DNA from: an uncultured Lachnospiraceae bacterium
GTDB lineage: Bacteria > Bacillota > Clostridia > Lachnospirales > Lachnospiraceae
Reading direction: 5' to 3'
Assembly (NCBI GenBank): GCA_947589155.1
Contig: CANQBH010000002.1
Span: 56,077-120,076 of the forward strand
Length of the DNA: 64,000 nucleotides
Part shown: positions 9,986-20,043 of the stretch, one piece after another
How positions within the stretch are numbered: position 1 is the stretch's first letter
Layout of the letters: each line of letters opens with the position of its first letter
The notes under the pieces: model-generated
Told to the model about the DNA's origin: nothing
Database searches by the model: none
What the model saw: the letters and a program-made list of their open reading frames with translations, nothing else
Made by a program: the position numbers and the translations under genes

Positions 9986-10036
9986 CAGATAAAAATAGCA
10001 AGGAACAGTACAGGAGCAGACAAAGGAGAGGAGACA

Positions 10037-10912
10037 ATGGACGACGGCACAGGGTCGAATCAAAAGAAGGCGTCTCATAACCGCAAGCGCGGTTTTTGGA
10101 ACGTCTTCCGGAAGGACGACAACGGAGAAGCATTTGAAAGGGAACTCATCGAGATGGTTCAAAAAGGGCGCGAACAGGGCGTCCTTCTATCCAGCGAGGA
10201 GGCGATGATCCGCAACATCTTTTCGTTTGGGAACAAGAATGCAAAAGATATTATGATCCACCGAAAACAGATCGTCGCGCTGGACGGGGAACTGACGTTT
10301 CAGGAGGCGTTGGAATCCATGATCGAATCTTCGTATTCGCGTTATCCGGTCTTTTTGGAAGACGTCGATAATATCATCGGCGTATTACATATCAAAGACG
10401 CGCTGGCATTCGCAAGGAATACGGATGTGTACGAGCGGCGGCTGAAGGATTTTCCGGAGATCGTGCACGGGGTGGATTTTGTGCCGGAGACCCACAGCCT
10501 TACGACGCTTTTCGCAAGGATGCAGTCCAAGAAAATGCACTTAATGATCGTCGTGGACGAATACGGGCAGACCAGCGGACTTCTTTCCATGGAAAATATC
10601 CTTGAGGAGATCGTGGGCAACATTCAGGACGAACACGACGAGGACGAGACGTCGATCTCGCGCATTACAAAGGATTTTTACCGGATGGAAGGGAGCACGA
10701 CGCTGGAGGAAGCCTCCGAGGTGCTGCAGATCGCCTTTCCGGACGATTACGATACGTTAAACGGCTTCATCATCCATATGATCGACCGGATACCGGAAGA
10801 ACACGAAAAGTTTAAGGTCGAATATGAATCCTACATCTTTGAGGTGCAGGACGTGCTCGGCCGCATGATTCAGGAAGTCCATGTTTTTCACAAGATCGGC
10901 GGCGTATCTTGA
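10037..10912 (+). CDS. CBS-pair + CorC/HlyC domain protein (no N-terminal TM domain)
   Basis: YSRYPV, VVDEYGQTSG..S.ENILEEIVG.IQDEHD, YDTLNGF. Confidence 0.88.
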   Translation: MDDGTGSNQKKASHNRKRGFWNVFRKDDNGEAFERELIEMVQKGREQGVLLSSEEAMIRNIFSFGNKNAKDIMIHRKQIVALDGELTFQEALESMIESSYSRYPVFLEDVDNIIGVLHIKDALAFARNTDVYERRLKDFPEIVHGVDFVPETHSLTTLFARMQSKKMHLMIVVDEYGQTSGLLSMENILEEIVGNIQDEHDEDETSISRITKDFYRMEGSTTLEEASEVLQIAFPDDYDTLNGFIIHMIDRIPEEHEKFKVEYESYIFEVQDVLGRMIQEVHVFHKIGGVS

Positions 10913-10937
10913 AAGCCGGAGTGAAAAATGATACACT
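10909..10937 (+). promoter_or_regulatory. sigA promoter of yebC-glgA
   Basis: TTGAAA-17 nt-TACACT with extended TG. Confidence 0.6.
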
Positions 10938-10970
10938 GAAAAGAGATACTGTTAGAAAAGAGGAAGATCT

Positions 10971-11699
10971 ATGTCAGGACATTCAAAATTTGCAAACATA
11001 AAGCACAAAAAAGAAAAGAACGACGCGGCGAAAGGCAAGATCTTTACGATCATCGGCCGCGAGATCGCCGTCGCCGTCAAGGAAGGCGGGCCGGATCCGG
11101 ACAACAACAGCCGTCTGCGCGACGTGATCGCAAAGGCAAAGGCGAACAACATGCCGAGCGATACGATCGAGCGCGGCATCAAAAAAGCGGCGGGCTCCGC
11201 CGACGACGTCAATTACGAATCCGTTACATATGAAGGCTACGGCCCGGGCGGGACCGCCATTATCGTGCGGGCCCTGACCGACAACAAAAACCGGACGGCG
11301 GCCAACGTGCGAAACGCCTTTACCAAGGGCAAGGGCAGTCTCGGCACGCAGGGCTGCGTCTCATATATGTTTGACGAGAAGGGGCAGATCCTGATCGATA
11401 AGGAAGACTGCAAGACGGACGGCGACGATCTTATGATGATGGCTTTGGACGCCGGCGCGGAAGATTTTACGGAGGAGGACGACAGTTTTGAGATACTGAC
11501 GTCGCCGGACGATTTTTCCGCCGTGCGGGAAAGTTTGGAAAAAGAAGGGATCTCCATGGCTGACGCGCAAGTCACCATGATTCCACAGACCTATGTAGCA
11601 TTGACGGAAGAACAGGATATATACGGTATCAATAAGATCCTGACATTGTTGGATGAAGACGATGATGTGCAGGAAGTCTATCACAATTGGGACGAGTAG
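10971..11699 (+). CDS. yebC: YebC/PmpR family protein
   Basis: [38 protein letters not shown]. Confidence 0.96.
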   Translation: MSGHSKFANIKHKKEKNDAAKGKIFTIIGREIAVAVKEGGPDPDNNSRLRDVIAKAKANNMPSDTIERGIKKAAGSADDVNYESVTYEGYGPGGTAIIVRALTDNKNRTAANVRNAFTKGKGSLGTQGCVSYMFDEKGQILIDKEDCKTDGDDLMMMALDAGAEDFTEEDDSFEILTSPDDFSAVRESLEKEGISMADAQVTMIPQTYVALTEEQDIYGINKILTLLDEDDDVQEVYHNWDE

Positions 11700-11708
11700 G
11701 AGGTCGTT

Positions 11709-13160
11709 ATGAAAAAAGTTCTGTTTGCGTCCAGCGAATGTGTGCCGTTTGTCAAGACCGGAGGTCTTGCGGACGTCGTCGGCGCTCTGCCGAAAGAATT
11801 TGACAAGGAGGAGTGGGATGTGCGCGTGGTCATTCCCGACTACACCTGTATCCCGCCGCAGTTCAGGGATCATTTTGAATATGTCTGTCATTTTCAGATG
11901 GGCATGGGTCCTTACGTCGGAGAAAAATATGTCGGCGTGATGAAGTATGAGTATCAGGGGATCACCTATTACTTCATCGACAATCTCGAATATTTCGAGT
12001 GCTTTTATCCGTATTCCGAAGCCCGATACGACATTGAAAAATTCAGTTTCTTTGACAAGGCGGTCTTATCCATGCTGCCGGTCGTTGGCTTCCAGCCGGA
12101 CATCATCCACTGCCACGACTGGCAGACGGGACTGATCCCTGTCTATCTGCGGACGGAATTTGCAAGCAATCCGTTCTTCTGGGGAATCAAAGCGGTCACG
12201 ACCATCCACAACCTCAAGTTTCAGGGCGTTTGGGATATCGAGACGATTCAGGGGATCTCCGGCCTGCCGAGGGAAGTCTTCACGCCGGACAAACTCGAGT
12301 TCAAGAAAGGCGCGAATATGTTAAAGGGTGGTCTGGTGTATTCCGATTATATCACGACCGTGAGCAATACTTACGCCAATGAGATCCAGACGCCGTATTA
12401 CGGGGAAGGCTTGGACGGCCTGCTCCGCGCAAGGCATTTTGACATGCGGGGCATTGTCAACGGCATCGATTACGACGCCTACGATCCTGCCAAAGACCCT
12501 GCGATCTTCAAGCAGTACGACGCGCAGTCCTTTAGGGCAAATAAAAAGATCAACAAAGAGCGTCTTCAGGAAATGCTCGGTCTGACCGTTGACAAGCGCA
12601 AGTATATGATCGGCCTGATCTCCCGCCTGACGGATCAGAAGGGGTTGGATCTTGTTAACTACTGTATCGAGCGCCTCGTAGACGACAACACCCAGTTGGT
12701 GGTGATCGGTACCGGCGAATCGCAGTATGAAAATATGTTCCGGCATTTTGCGTGGAAATATCCGGACCGGATCTCCGCAAACATCTGTTATTCCGAAGAC
12801 CTCGCGCATAAACTTTACGCCGCTGCGGATTCCTTCCTTGTGCCGTCGCGCTTTGAGCCGTGCGGCCTGACGCAGTTGATCTCGTTCCGCTACGGTACGG
12901 TGCCGATCGTCAGGGAGACCGGCGGCCTGAAGGATACGATCATTCCTTACAACGAATACGAGCATACCGGCGACGGGTTCTCGTTTGCCAATTACAACGG
13001 CGACGAACTTCTCAACACGGTCAACTATTCAAAATACATTTATTTTGAAAAGAAAGCGGAATGGAACAAGATCATCGACCGCGGCATGGCGAAAGACTAT
13101 TCATGGTCCAACTCCAAGCGGGATTACGAAGGGCTGTATTCCTATCTGCTCGGCGAGTGA
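11709..13160 (+). CDS. glgA: Glycogen synthase
   Basis: KTGGLADV, HCHDWQ, PSRFEPCGLTQL, TGGL.DT. Confidence 0.95.
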   Translation: MKKVLFASSECVPFVKTGGLADVVGALPKEFDKEEWDVRVVIPDYTCIPPQFRDHFEYVCHFQMGMGPYVGEKYVGVMKYEYQGITYYFIDNLEYFECFYPYSEARYDIEKFSFFDKAVLSMLPVVGFQPDIIHCHDWQTGLIPVYLRTEFASNPFFWGIKAVTTIHNLKFQGVWDIETIQGISGLPREVFTPDKLEFKKGANMLKGGLVYSDYITTVSNTYANEIQTPYYGEGLDGLLRARHFDMRGIVNGIDYDAYDPAKDPAIFKQYDAQSFRANKKINKERLQEMLGLTVDKRKYMIGLISRLTDQKGLDLVNYCIERLVDDNTQLVVIGTGESQYENMFRHFAWKYPDRISANICYSEDLAHKLYAAADSFLVPSRFEPCGLTQLISFRYGTVPIVRETGGLKDTIIPYNEYEHTGDGFSFANYNGDELLNTVNYSKYIYFEKKAEWNKIIDRGMAKDYSWSNSKRDYEGLYSYLLGE

Positions 13161-13162
13161 GG

Positions 13163-13192
13163 GCATAATTTTTTTCGTATCTCCACAAAATA
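13163..13192 (+). promoter_or_regulatory. SigG-like promoter of tepA
   Basis: GCATA-18 nt-CAAAATA; tepA is forespore-expressed in B. subtilis. Confidence 0.6.
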
Positions 13193-13238
13193 TAGAGGGC
13201 ACACTGTGCTCTCTATTTTTTTGTAAAGGAGATAAGAG

Positions 13239-13883
13239 ATGGACGAGATCAGGGAATACGGACAGGGCATGATCCATGTTGCAGAGGGCTGCAATGTGCA
13301 GATCGTAACGGTGATCGGCGAGATCGAAGGACACGATACGACGACGGGAAGCGCCAAGGCGACAAAGTACGAGCATATCATTCCGCAGATGATAAAAGCG
13401 GACTATCATGCGCCGGTGGACGGGATATTGCTTTTGCTCAATACGATCGGAGGGGACGTGGAGTGCGGTCTGGCGATCGCGGAACTGATCGCTTCCCTGA
13501 GGAAACCGGTCGTATCGCTTGTCATGGGCGGGAGCCATTCGATCGGGATACCGCTGGCCGTGGCGGCGGATCATGCGTTTATCGTCCCGTCGGCGACGAT
13601 GATGGTACATCCGGTGCGGACGACGGGTACGATACTTGGCGCGCCGCAGACGTTTTTTCAGTTCAACCAGATGCAGGAGAGGATCGTCCGCTTTGTCTGC
13701 GGCCATTCTAAGATCCTGCCGGAGGAGTTTGAACGGCTGATGTTTGCCAAGGATACCATCGCAAAGGATCTCGGCACCGTGCTCGTGGGCAGCGAGGCGG
13801 TGGCCGCGGGCCTTGTCGACGAGGTCGGCGGCGTGACCGAGGCGATATGTAAACTTCAGGCGATGATTTCAGAAAAGAATTAG
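13239..13883 (+). CDS. tepA: TepA, ClpP-like sporulation protease
   Basis: IEGH, TKYEHIIPQ, LNTIGGDVE.GLAIAE, GGSHSIG, MVHP; lies upstream of ftsK/spoIIIE. Confidence 0.88.
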   Translation: MDEIREYGQGMIHVAEGCNVQIVTVIGEIEGHDTTTGSAKATKYEHIIPQMIKADYHAPVDGILLLLNTIGGDVECGLAIAELIASLRKPVVSLVMGGSHSIGIPLAVAADHAFIVPSATMMVHPVRTTGTILGAPQTFFQFNQMQERIVRFVCGHSKILPEEFERLMFAKDTIAKDLGTVLVGSEAVAAGLVDEVGGVTEAICKLQAMISEKN

Positions 13884-13958
13884 CGAAAAGTTATAATGAC
13901 ACCCCCGTAAAAATATGGTAATATAAGAAAGTTGAAATAGACGTTTACGGAGGTTTTT

Positions 13959-14837
13959 ATGTCATTACTGCAATCCGTTCTTCTTGGGCTGCTTCAGGGT
14001 TTGACGGAATTTCTGCCGGTCAGCAGTTCCGGACATCTGGCGATCGTTAAAAATATCTTTCACATAGAAATGGAATCGGGGCTGCTTTTCGACGTGCTGC
14101 TGCATCTGGGCACGCTGGCAGCGATCGTTGCCGTTTATTATCGGGATATCTGGGAAATGCTCTGCGAGACGGTTTTCCTTCTGCGGGATCTCTGTCACAA
14201 TCTCTTTGTTTGGATGTCGGGACGGGGCAGGGAAAACGGCTATCGCCGTCTGGTCAACAGTTCCTACCGCAAACTGATCCTGCTTCTGCTCGTATCCGCC
14301 GTTCCAACCGGACTGATCGGCATGGCGCTGTCAAAACTGATCGAACAGGCGTCGGACATTCTCCTTGTGCCGGGGATCGGGCTGATCGTAACGGCCGTTC
14401 TGCTGTTTGTGGCGGATCATACCGCCGCGGGCGATAAGACGCCGAAAAACACCTCATGGCTGAACGCCGTATGGATCGGCGCAAGTCAGGGCGTCGCCGC
14501 GCTGCCGGGGCTTTCCCGCTCGGGAACGACGATCACGGCGTGCCTGCTCTGCGGTTTCGACCGCAAATACGCGGTCAAATTCTCGTTCCTCATGTCGATA
14601 CCGGCCGTTTTGGGAGCGGCGGTCCTTGAGTGCAGGGACGCCGCCGCGCTTTCCGTTCCGACTGCGGAACTCGGGGTCTATGCCGCCGGCATACTGACCG
14701 CCGCGCTGGTCGGTTATGTTTGTATCAGGACGATGCTGGTCCTCGTGCGTCAGAAAAAGTTTACGGTGTTCGCCGTGTACTGTCTGCTCGCCGGCATGCT
14801 GACGACGCTGGCCGGAGCGCTGCAGATGAAGTTATGA
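13959..14837 (+). CDS. uppP: Undecaprenyl-diphosphate phosphatase
   Basis: QGLTEFLPVSSSGH, PGLSRSGTT, FSFLMSIP. Confidence 0.95.
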   Translation: MSLLQSVLLGLLQGLTEFLPVSSSGHLAIVKNIFHIEMESGLLFDVLLHLGTLAAIVAVYYRDIWEMLCETVFLLRDLCHNLFVWMSGRGRENGYRRLVNSSYRKLILLLLVSAVPTGLIGMALSKLIEQASDILLVPGIGLIVTAVLLFVADHTAAGDKTPKNTSWLNAVWIGASQGVAALPGLSRSGTTITACLLCGFDRKYAVKFSFLMSIPAVLGAAVLECRDAAALSVPTAELGVYAAGILTAALVGYVCIRTMLVLVRQKKFTVFAVYCLLAGMLTTLAGALQMKL

Positions 14838-14870
14838 GAAGTGCGATGACCATTAGAAAGGGTGCAGACC

Positions 14871-17474
14871 ATGGCAAATAAAAAAACGGGCAATACGGCG
14901 AAAAAAAAGTCCGCCCGCCCGCAAAAGACGACGCAAAAGAAAAACGTAACGGTGGAAGCGCAGGTTTGGGATAAAGCAAAGGTAGAATCGGTCAAAGAGA
15001 TCGCGCTCTGGCTGGCGCTGGCCGTTTGCGTACTGCTGTTTTTAAGCAATTTGGGGATCGGCGGCGTGATCGGCAACGCGGTCAGCGGCTTTTTCTTCGG
15101 GCTGTTCGGACTGCTGGCCTATCTTTTGCCGATCCTGTTACTGATCGGGACGTTTTTTGTCGTTTCCAACTGGGGCAACCGTATCGCGACGGTCAAATGT
15201 CTGGCGGGCGCGGCGTTCGTGATCTTTCTGGCCACGCTGCTGGAACTTTTCTCGCACGGCGCGCAGACGGTCGGCGCGCTGCGCGCGTTTTATGAAAGCA
15301 GGGAGACGCAGTCCGGCGGCGGGCTGCTCGGAGGCCTTCTGGCGTCCGGACTGGTCAGCGGGTTCGGCCTGATCGGCGCTTACGTCATTACGCTGATCCT
15401 TATGATCGTTTCCGTCATTCTGATCACGGAGCACGCGCTGTTTGCTTCCGCAGGCAGAAGACGCCGCGCGCGGCGCGAGACCGGTAGGGGGCGCGCGGAG
15501 GACGACCGGCAGGAGCGGCTGGAGAGGATCGACCGTGATAAGAGGGCGCAGCAGGCAGCTGCGGAGCAGAAGACCGAAACGCGCAGGCAGCGCAAGATCT
15601 CCGGCGTGGCGTTTGATACCGCGTTGGAAGAACCGCCGCTGTATGTCGACAAGCGGCAGGACGGCTTAAACGAAGTACATATGGATCCGTCGAAGGAAAT
15701 GCAGGTCAGGGACGTCAACCGCGTGCCGCTTTCGTCAAATACGAAGGGATCCGTACAAAAGATCGCGAAAACGGAAACCGCGCGCCATTTGTCGGAAGAA
15801 CCGGCGCAGCCTTTGCCGGCGCAGGAGAAAAGGCGGCCGCGTAAGACGGAGAGATCCGCCGAGGAGACGAAAAAAAGCGCCGAGGAAGTGGCGTCTTTCA
15901 TTGCGGAAAAGAAACCGCAAAGGCCGTCGGATCATCGTTTCCCGCCGGTGGGCCTTCTCAAGAAAAAGAAAGCGGGAAGCGGAAGCGGCAATAAAACCGA
16001 GTTGGACAAGACCGCGGACAAACTTGAACAGACCTTGCGCAATTTCGGGATCAACGTGACCGTGACGGACGTCACCTGCGGCCCGACGGTTACAAGATAC
16101 GAACTGCTTCCCGAGGTCGGCGTCAGAGTCAATCGGATCACGAATCTCGCGGACGACATCAAACTGAATCTGGCCGTTACGGATATCCGTATCGAAGCGC
16201 CGATCCCGGGCAAGGCCGCGGTCGGGATCGAAGTGCCGAACAAAGAAAAGGTCATGGTATCGTTAGAAGAAGTGATCTCGTCCAAAGAATTTGAATCGTC
16301 GGCTTCCAAGGTGACGTTTGGCGTAGGCATGGACATCGGCGGCAACGTCATCACGGCGGACATCGCCAAAATGCCGCATCTTTTGATCGCCGGTACGACG
16401 GGATCCGGAAAGTCCGTCTGTATCAATACGATCATCATGAGCATCCTCTATAAGGCGACGCCGGAGGAAGTGAAATTCATCATGATCGATCCAAAAGTCG
16501 TGGAACTGAGCATCTATAACGGGATCCCGCACCTGCTGATCCCGGTGGTCACGGATCCGAAAAAGGCGGCCGGAGCGCTGCACTGGGCCGTGACGGAAAT
16601 GGACGACCGGTATCAGAAATTCGCGGACGCCGGCGTGAGGGATATGAAAAGTTATAACCGCAGGCTTGAGGAAAAAGGCGGCGCAGCGGCGGATCCGCAG
16701 AAAGAGGGCGCGGCTGAAAAAATGCCGGAACTTGTCGTCATCGTGGACGAGTTGGCCGATTTGATGATGGTCGCCGCGAAAGAAGTCGAAGAATCCATCT
16801 GCCGTCTGGCGCAGAAAGCGAGAGCGGCGGGCATTTACCTGATCCTTGCCACGCAGCGTCCGTCCGTCGACGTCGTGACCGGACTGATCAAAGCGAATAT
16901 GCCGTCGAGGATCGCGTTTGCCGTCAACAGCGGCGTGGATTCCAGAACCATTTTAGATATGTTCGGCGCGGAAAAACTGCTTGGAAACGGCGATATGCTC
17001 TATTACCCGCAAAGCCTGACAAAACCGCTGCGGGTGCAGGGGGCGTTCGTATCGGATACCGAAGTCCAGCAGGTCGTCGATTACATCAGGGAGAACAACG
17101 GAAGCGTCGAATACAGCGAGCATATCACGCAGGCGATCGACAATAATGCAGAAAACGGGAACGCGGGCGCGGTCGCCATCGGCGGTGGCAGCGGATTTGA
17201 CGACAGCGTGGATTCCTATTTTGCGGAAGCCGGACGGCTTTTGGTCAGCAAGGAAAAGGGCTCGATCGGTATGCTGCAGCGCAGTTTTAAGATCGGCTTT
17301 AACAGGGCGGCGCGGATCATGGATCAGTTGGAAGAAGCCGGCGTCGTCGGGCCGGAACTGGGTACAAAACCGCGTACCGTCTTAATGAGCGCGGAGGAGT
17401 TTGAACGATACCTTGATCCCGACCGCGCTTCGGATATCGAAGAAGAATATCCCGTAGACGAAACATTGGAATAA
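14871..17474 (+). CDS. ftsK: DNA translocase FtsK/SpoIIIE
   Basis: N-terminal TM segments, PHLLIAGTTGSGKS, VDELADLMM, ATQRPS, gamma domain LQRSFKIGFNRAAR; start moved to ATG 14871 (RBS). Confidence 0.96.
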   Translation: MANKKTGNTAKKKSARPQKTTQKKNVTVEAQVWDKAKVESVKEIALWLALAVCVLLFLSNLGIGGVIGNAVSGFFFGLFGLLAYLLPILLLIGTFFVVSNWGNRIATVKCLAGAAFVIFLATLLELFSHGAQTVGALRAFYESRETQSGGGLLGGLLASGLVSGFGLIGAYVITLILMIVSVILITEHALFASAGRRRRARRETGRGRAEDDRQERLERIDRDKRAQQAAAEQKTETRRQRKISGVAFDTALEEPPLYVDKRQDGLNEVHMDPSKEMQVRDVNRVPLSSNTKGSVQKIAKTETARHLSEEPAQPLPAQEKRRPRKTERSAEETKKSAEEVASFIAEKKPQRPSDHRFPPVGLLKKKKAGSGSGNKTELDKTADKLEQTLRNFGINVTVTDVTCGPTVTRYELLPEVGVRVNRITNLADDIKLNLAVTDIRIEAPIPGKAAVGIEVPNKEKVMVSLEEVISSKEFESSASKVTFGVGMDIGGNVITADIAKMPHLLIAGTTGSGKSVCINTIIMSILYKATPEEVKFIMIDPKVVELSIYNGIPHLLIPVVTDPKKAAGALHWAVTEMDDRYQKFADAGVRDMKSYNRRLEEKGGAAADPQKEGAAEKMPELVVIVDELADLMMVAAKEVEESICRLAQKARAAGIYLILATQRPSVDVVTGLIKANMPSRIAFAVNSGVDSRTILDMFGAEKLLGNGDMLYYPQSLTKPLRVQGAFVSDTEVQQVVDYIRENNGSVEYSEHITQAIDNNAENGNAGAVAIGGGSGFDDSVDSYFAEAGRLLVSKEKGSIGMLQRSFKIGFNRAARIMDQLEEAGVVGPELGTKPRTVLMSAEEFERYLDPDRASDIEEEYPVDETLE

Positions 17475-17501
17475 ACACAGTAAAGAGTAAAGGAGAACAG
17501 G

Positions 17502-19172
17502 ATGAAAACAGACATTCAGATCGCACAGGAAACCGTCATGGAACCGATCGCCAAAGTGGCCGCAAAGGTCGGGCTGCAAGAGGAGGATTTGGAGTTATAC
17601 GGCAAGTATAAAGCCAAACTGTCCGACGAGTGCATAAAGCGGCTGGCTGCGAAAAAAGACGGAAAACTGGTCCTTGTCACCGCAATCAATCCGACGCCGG
17701 CGGGCGAAGGGAAGACGACCACCAGCGTCGGTCTCGGACAGGCGTTCGGCAAACTGCAGAAAAAAGCGATCCTTGCCCTGCGCGAGCCTTCGCTCGGCCC
17801 GTGCTTCGGAATCAAAGGCGGCGCAGCGGGCGGCGGATACGCGCAGGTCGTGCCGATGGAAGATCTCAATCTGCATTTCACCGGCGATTTCCATGCGATC
17901 ACGTCGGCCAATAATCTGCTTGCGGCGCTGCTCGACAACCACATCCAGCAGGGGAACGCGCTGGGGATCGATCCGCGTCAGGTAGTCTGGAAGCGTTGTC
18001 TGGATATGAACGACCGCGTCCTTAGAAATGTGGTCGTCGGTCTTGGCAACAAGGCGGACGGGACCGTGAGGGAAGATCATTTCGTCATTACCGTAGCATC
18101 CGAGATCATGGCGATCCTCTGTCTGGCGGAGGATATGGAGGATCTGAAAGAGCGTCTGGGACGTATCATCGTCGCCTATTCTTACGACGGCAGACCGGTG
18201 ACGGCCGACGACCTTCAGGCGACCGGAGCGATGGCGGCGCTGCTGAAGGACGCGCTGAAGCCGAACCTGATCCAGACGCTGGAGCATACGCCGGCGCTGG
18301 TACACGGCGGACCGTTTGCCAACATCGCGCATGGCTGCAACAGCGTGCGCGCCACAAAGACGGCGCTGAAACTGGCGGATATCGTGGTCACGGAAGCGGG
18401 ATTTGGCGCGGATCTCGGCGCGGAGAAATTTTTTGACATCAAATGCCGGAAAGCCGGACTGCGGCCGGATGCGGTGGTCCTCGTGGCGACCGTCCGCGCG
18501 CTCAAATACAACGGCGGCGTGGCGAAAGCGGATCTGGCGAAGGAAGATACCGAGGCATTGGCACGCGGCATCGTGAATCTCGAGAAGCATATCGAAAATC
18601 TTCAGAAATTCGGCGTGCCGGTGGTCGTGACCTTAAATTCCTTTGTCAGCGACACGGAAAAAGAGACCGCATTCGTCCGTGAATTTTGCGAGAAGCGCGG
18701 CTGCGCGTTCGCATTGTCCGAGGTCTGGGAGAAAGGCGGCGAAGGCGGCGTTGCTCTGGCGGAGGCGGTCCTTGACGTCCTTGAGAAAGAGACAAGCCGT
18801 TTTGCCCCGCTGTATCCGGATCAGCTTTCTCTCGAAGAAAAGATCGAAACGGTCGCAAAAGAGATCTACGGCGCAGACGGCGTGACCTATTCGGCGGAAG
18901 CAAAGAAAGAACTGGAGAGGATCGCGGCGCTCGGGCTGTCGCATTTTCCGGTCTGCATGGCGAAAACGCAGTATTCCCTGTCCGACGATCCGGCGAAACT
19001 CGGACGTCCGCAGAATTTCACGGTCAATGTGCGAGAAGTCTATGTTTCCGCGGGCGCGGGATTTGTCGTCGCCGTGACAGGAGCGATCATGACGATGCCG
19101 GGACTGCCGAAGGAACCGGCCGCCAACAGGATCGACGTGACAGGCGACGGCGTGATCACAGGTTTGTTTTAA
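17502..19172 (+). CDS. fhs: Formate--tetrahydrofolate ligase
   Basis: [40 protein letters not shown]. Confidence 0.97.
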   Translation: MKTDIQIAQETVMEPIAKVAAKVGLQEEDLELYGKYKAKLSDECIKRLAAKKDGKLVLVTAINPTPAGEGKTTTSVGLGQAFGKLQKKAILALREPSLGPCFGIKGGAAGGGYAQVVPMEDLNLHFTGDFHAITSANNLLAALLDNHIQQGNALGIDPRQVVWKRCLDMNDRVLRNVVVGLGNKADGTVREDHFVITVASEIMAILCLAEDMEDLKERLGRIIVAYSYDGRPVTADDLQATGAMAALLKDALKPNLIQTLEHTPALVHGGPFANIAHGCNSVRATKTALKLADIVVTEAGFGADLGAEKFFDIKCRKAGLRPDAVVLVATVRALKYNGGVAKADLAKEDTEALARGIVNLEKHIENLQKFGVPVVVTLNSFVSDTEKETAFVREFCEKRGCAFALSEVWEKGGEGGVALAEAVLDVLEKETSRFAPLYPDQLSLEEKIETVAKEIYGADGVTYSAEAKKELERIAALGLSHFPVCMAKTQYSLSDDPAKLGRPQNFTVNVREVYVSAGAGFVVAVTGAIMTMPGLPKEPAANRIDVTGDGVITGLF

Positions 19173-19185
19173 CAAGGAGAGAGGT

Positions 19186-20034
19186 ATGGCGCAGATCATT
19201 GACGGAAAGGCGATCTCATCACAGATCAAAGAGGAACTGAAAACAAAAGTCGGCGCGCTGAAAGCGCAGGGTGTCGAGATCACGCTTGCCGTGATCCTCG
19301 TCGGCGAAGATCCGGCTTCACAGGTGTATGTCAGGAACAAGAAAAAGGCCTGCGAATATATCGGCATCCGTTCGCTTTCCTATGAACTGGAGGAGACTGC
19401 GACGGAGCGTCAGTTGTTGGAACTGATCGAACAGTTAAACCGCAGGGAAGACGTCAACGGCATTCTCGTACAGTTGCCGCTGCCAAAGCATATGGAAGAA
19501 CAGAAGGTGATCCGCGCCATTGATCCGAAGAAAGACGTGGACGGCTTCCATCCGCAGAGCGTCGGCGCGCTCTCGATCGGCCTGCCGGGATTTGTTTCCT
19601 GCACGCCGGCGGGCGTGATCCAGTTGTTGAAGCGCAGCGCCATTCCGATCGAAGGGAAACGCTGCGTGGTCGTAGGCCGGAGCAATATCGTGGGAAAACC
19701 GATGGCGCTTCTGATGCTGCGCGAAAACGCAACCGTGACCATCGCACATTCCAAGACCGCGGATCTGCCGTCGCTTACGCGGCAGGCGGATATTTTGATC
19801 GCGGCGGTAGGAAAACCCAAGATGATAACGGCGGAATATATCAAAGAAGGCGCCGTGGTGATCGACGTGGGCATCCACAGGGATGCCGCAAATAAACTCT
19901 GCGGCGACGTGGACTTTGCTTCCGTGGAACCGCTCTGTTCCGCGATCACGCCCGTTCCGGGCGGCGTCGGCCCGATGACGATCGCGATGCTCATGTATAA
20001 CTGCGTAGAAAGCGTCAAGATACAGGAAAAGTAG
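19186..20034 (+). CDS. folD: Methylene-THF dehydrogenase/cyclohydrolase
   Basis: KDVDG, GRSNIVGKP, TPVPGGVGPMT. Confidence 0.97.
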   Translation: MAQIIDGKAISSQIKEELKTKVGALKAQGVEITLAVILVGEDPASQVYVRNKKKACEYIGIRSLSYELEETATERQLLELIEQLNRREDVNGILVQLPLPKHMEEQKVIRAIDPKKDVDGFHPQSVGALSIGLPGFVSCTPAGVIQLLKRSAIPIEGKRCVVVGRSNIVGKPMALLMLRENATVTIAHSKTADLPSLTRQADILIAAVGKPKMITAEYIKEGAVVIDVGIHRDAANKLCGDVDFASVEPLCSAITPVPGGVGPMTIAMLMYNCVESVKIQEK

Positions 20035-20043
20035 GAGAAATTT

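Noticed and set aside
17475-17501. THF/ZTP riboswitch before fhs-folD
   Set aside because: Only 27 bp intergenic; no room
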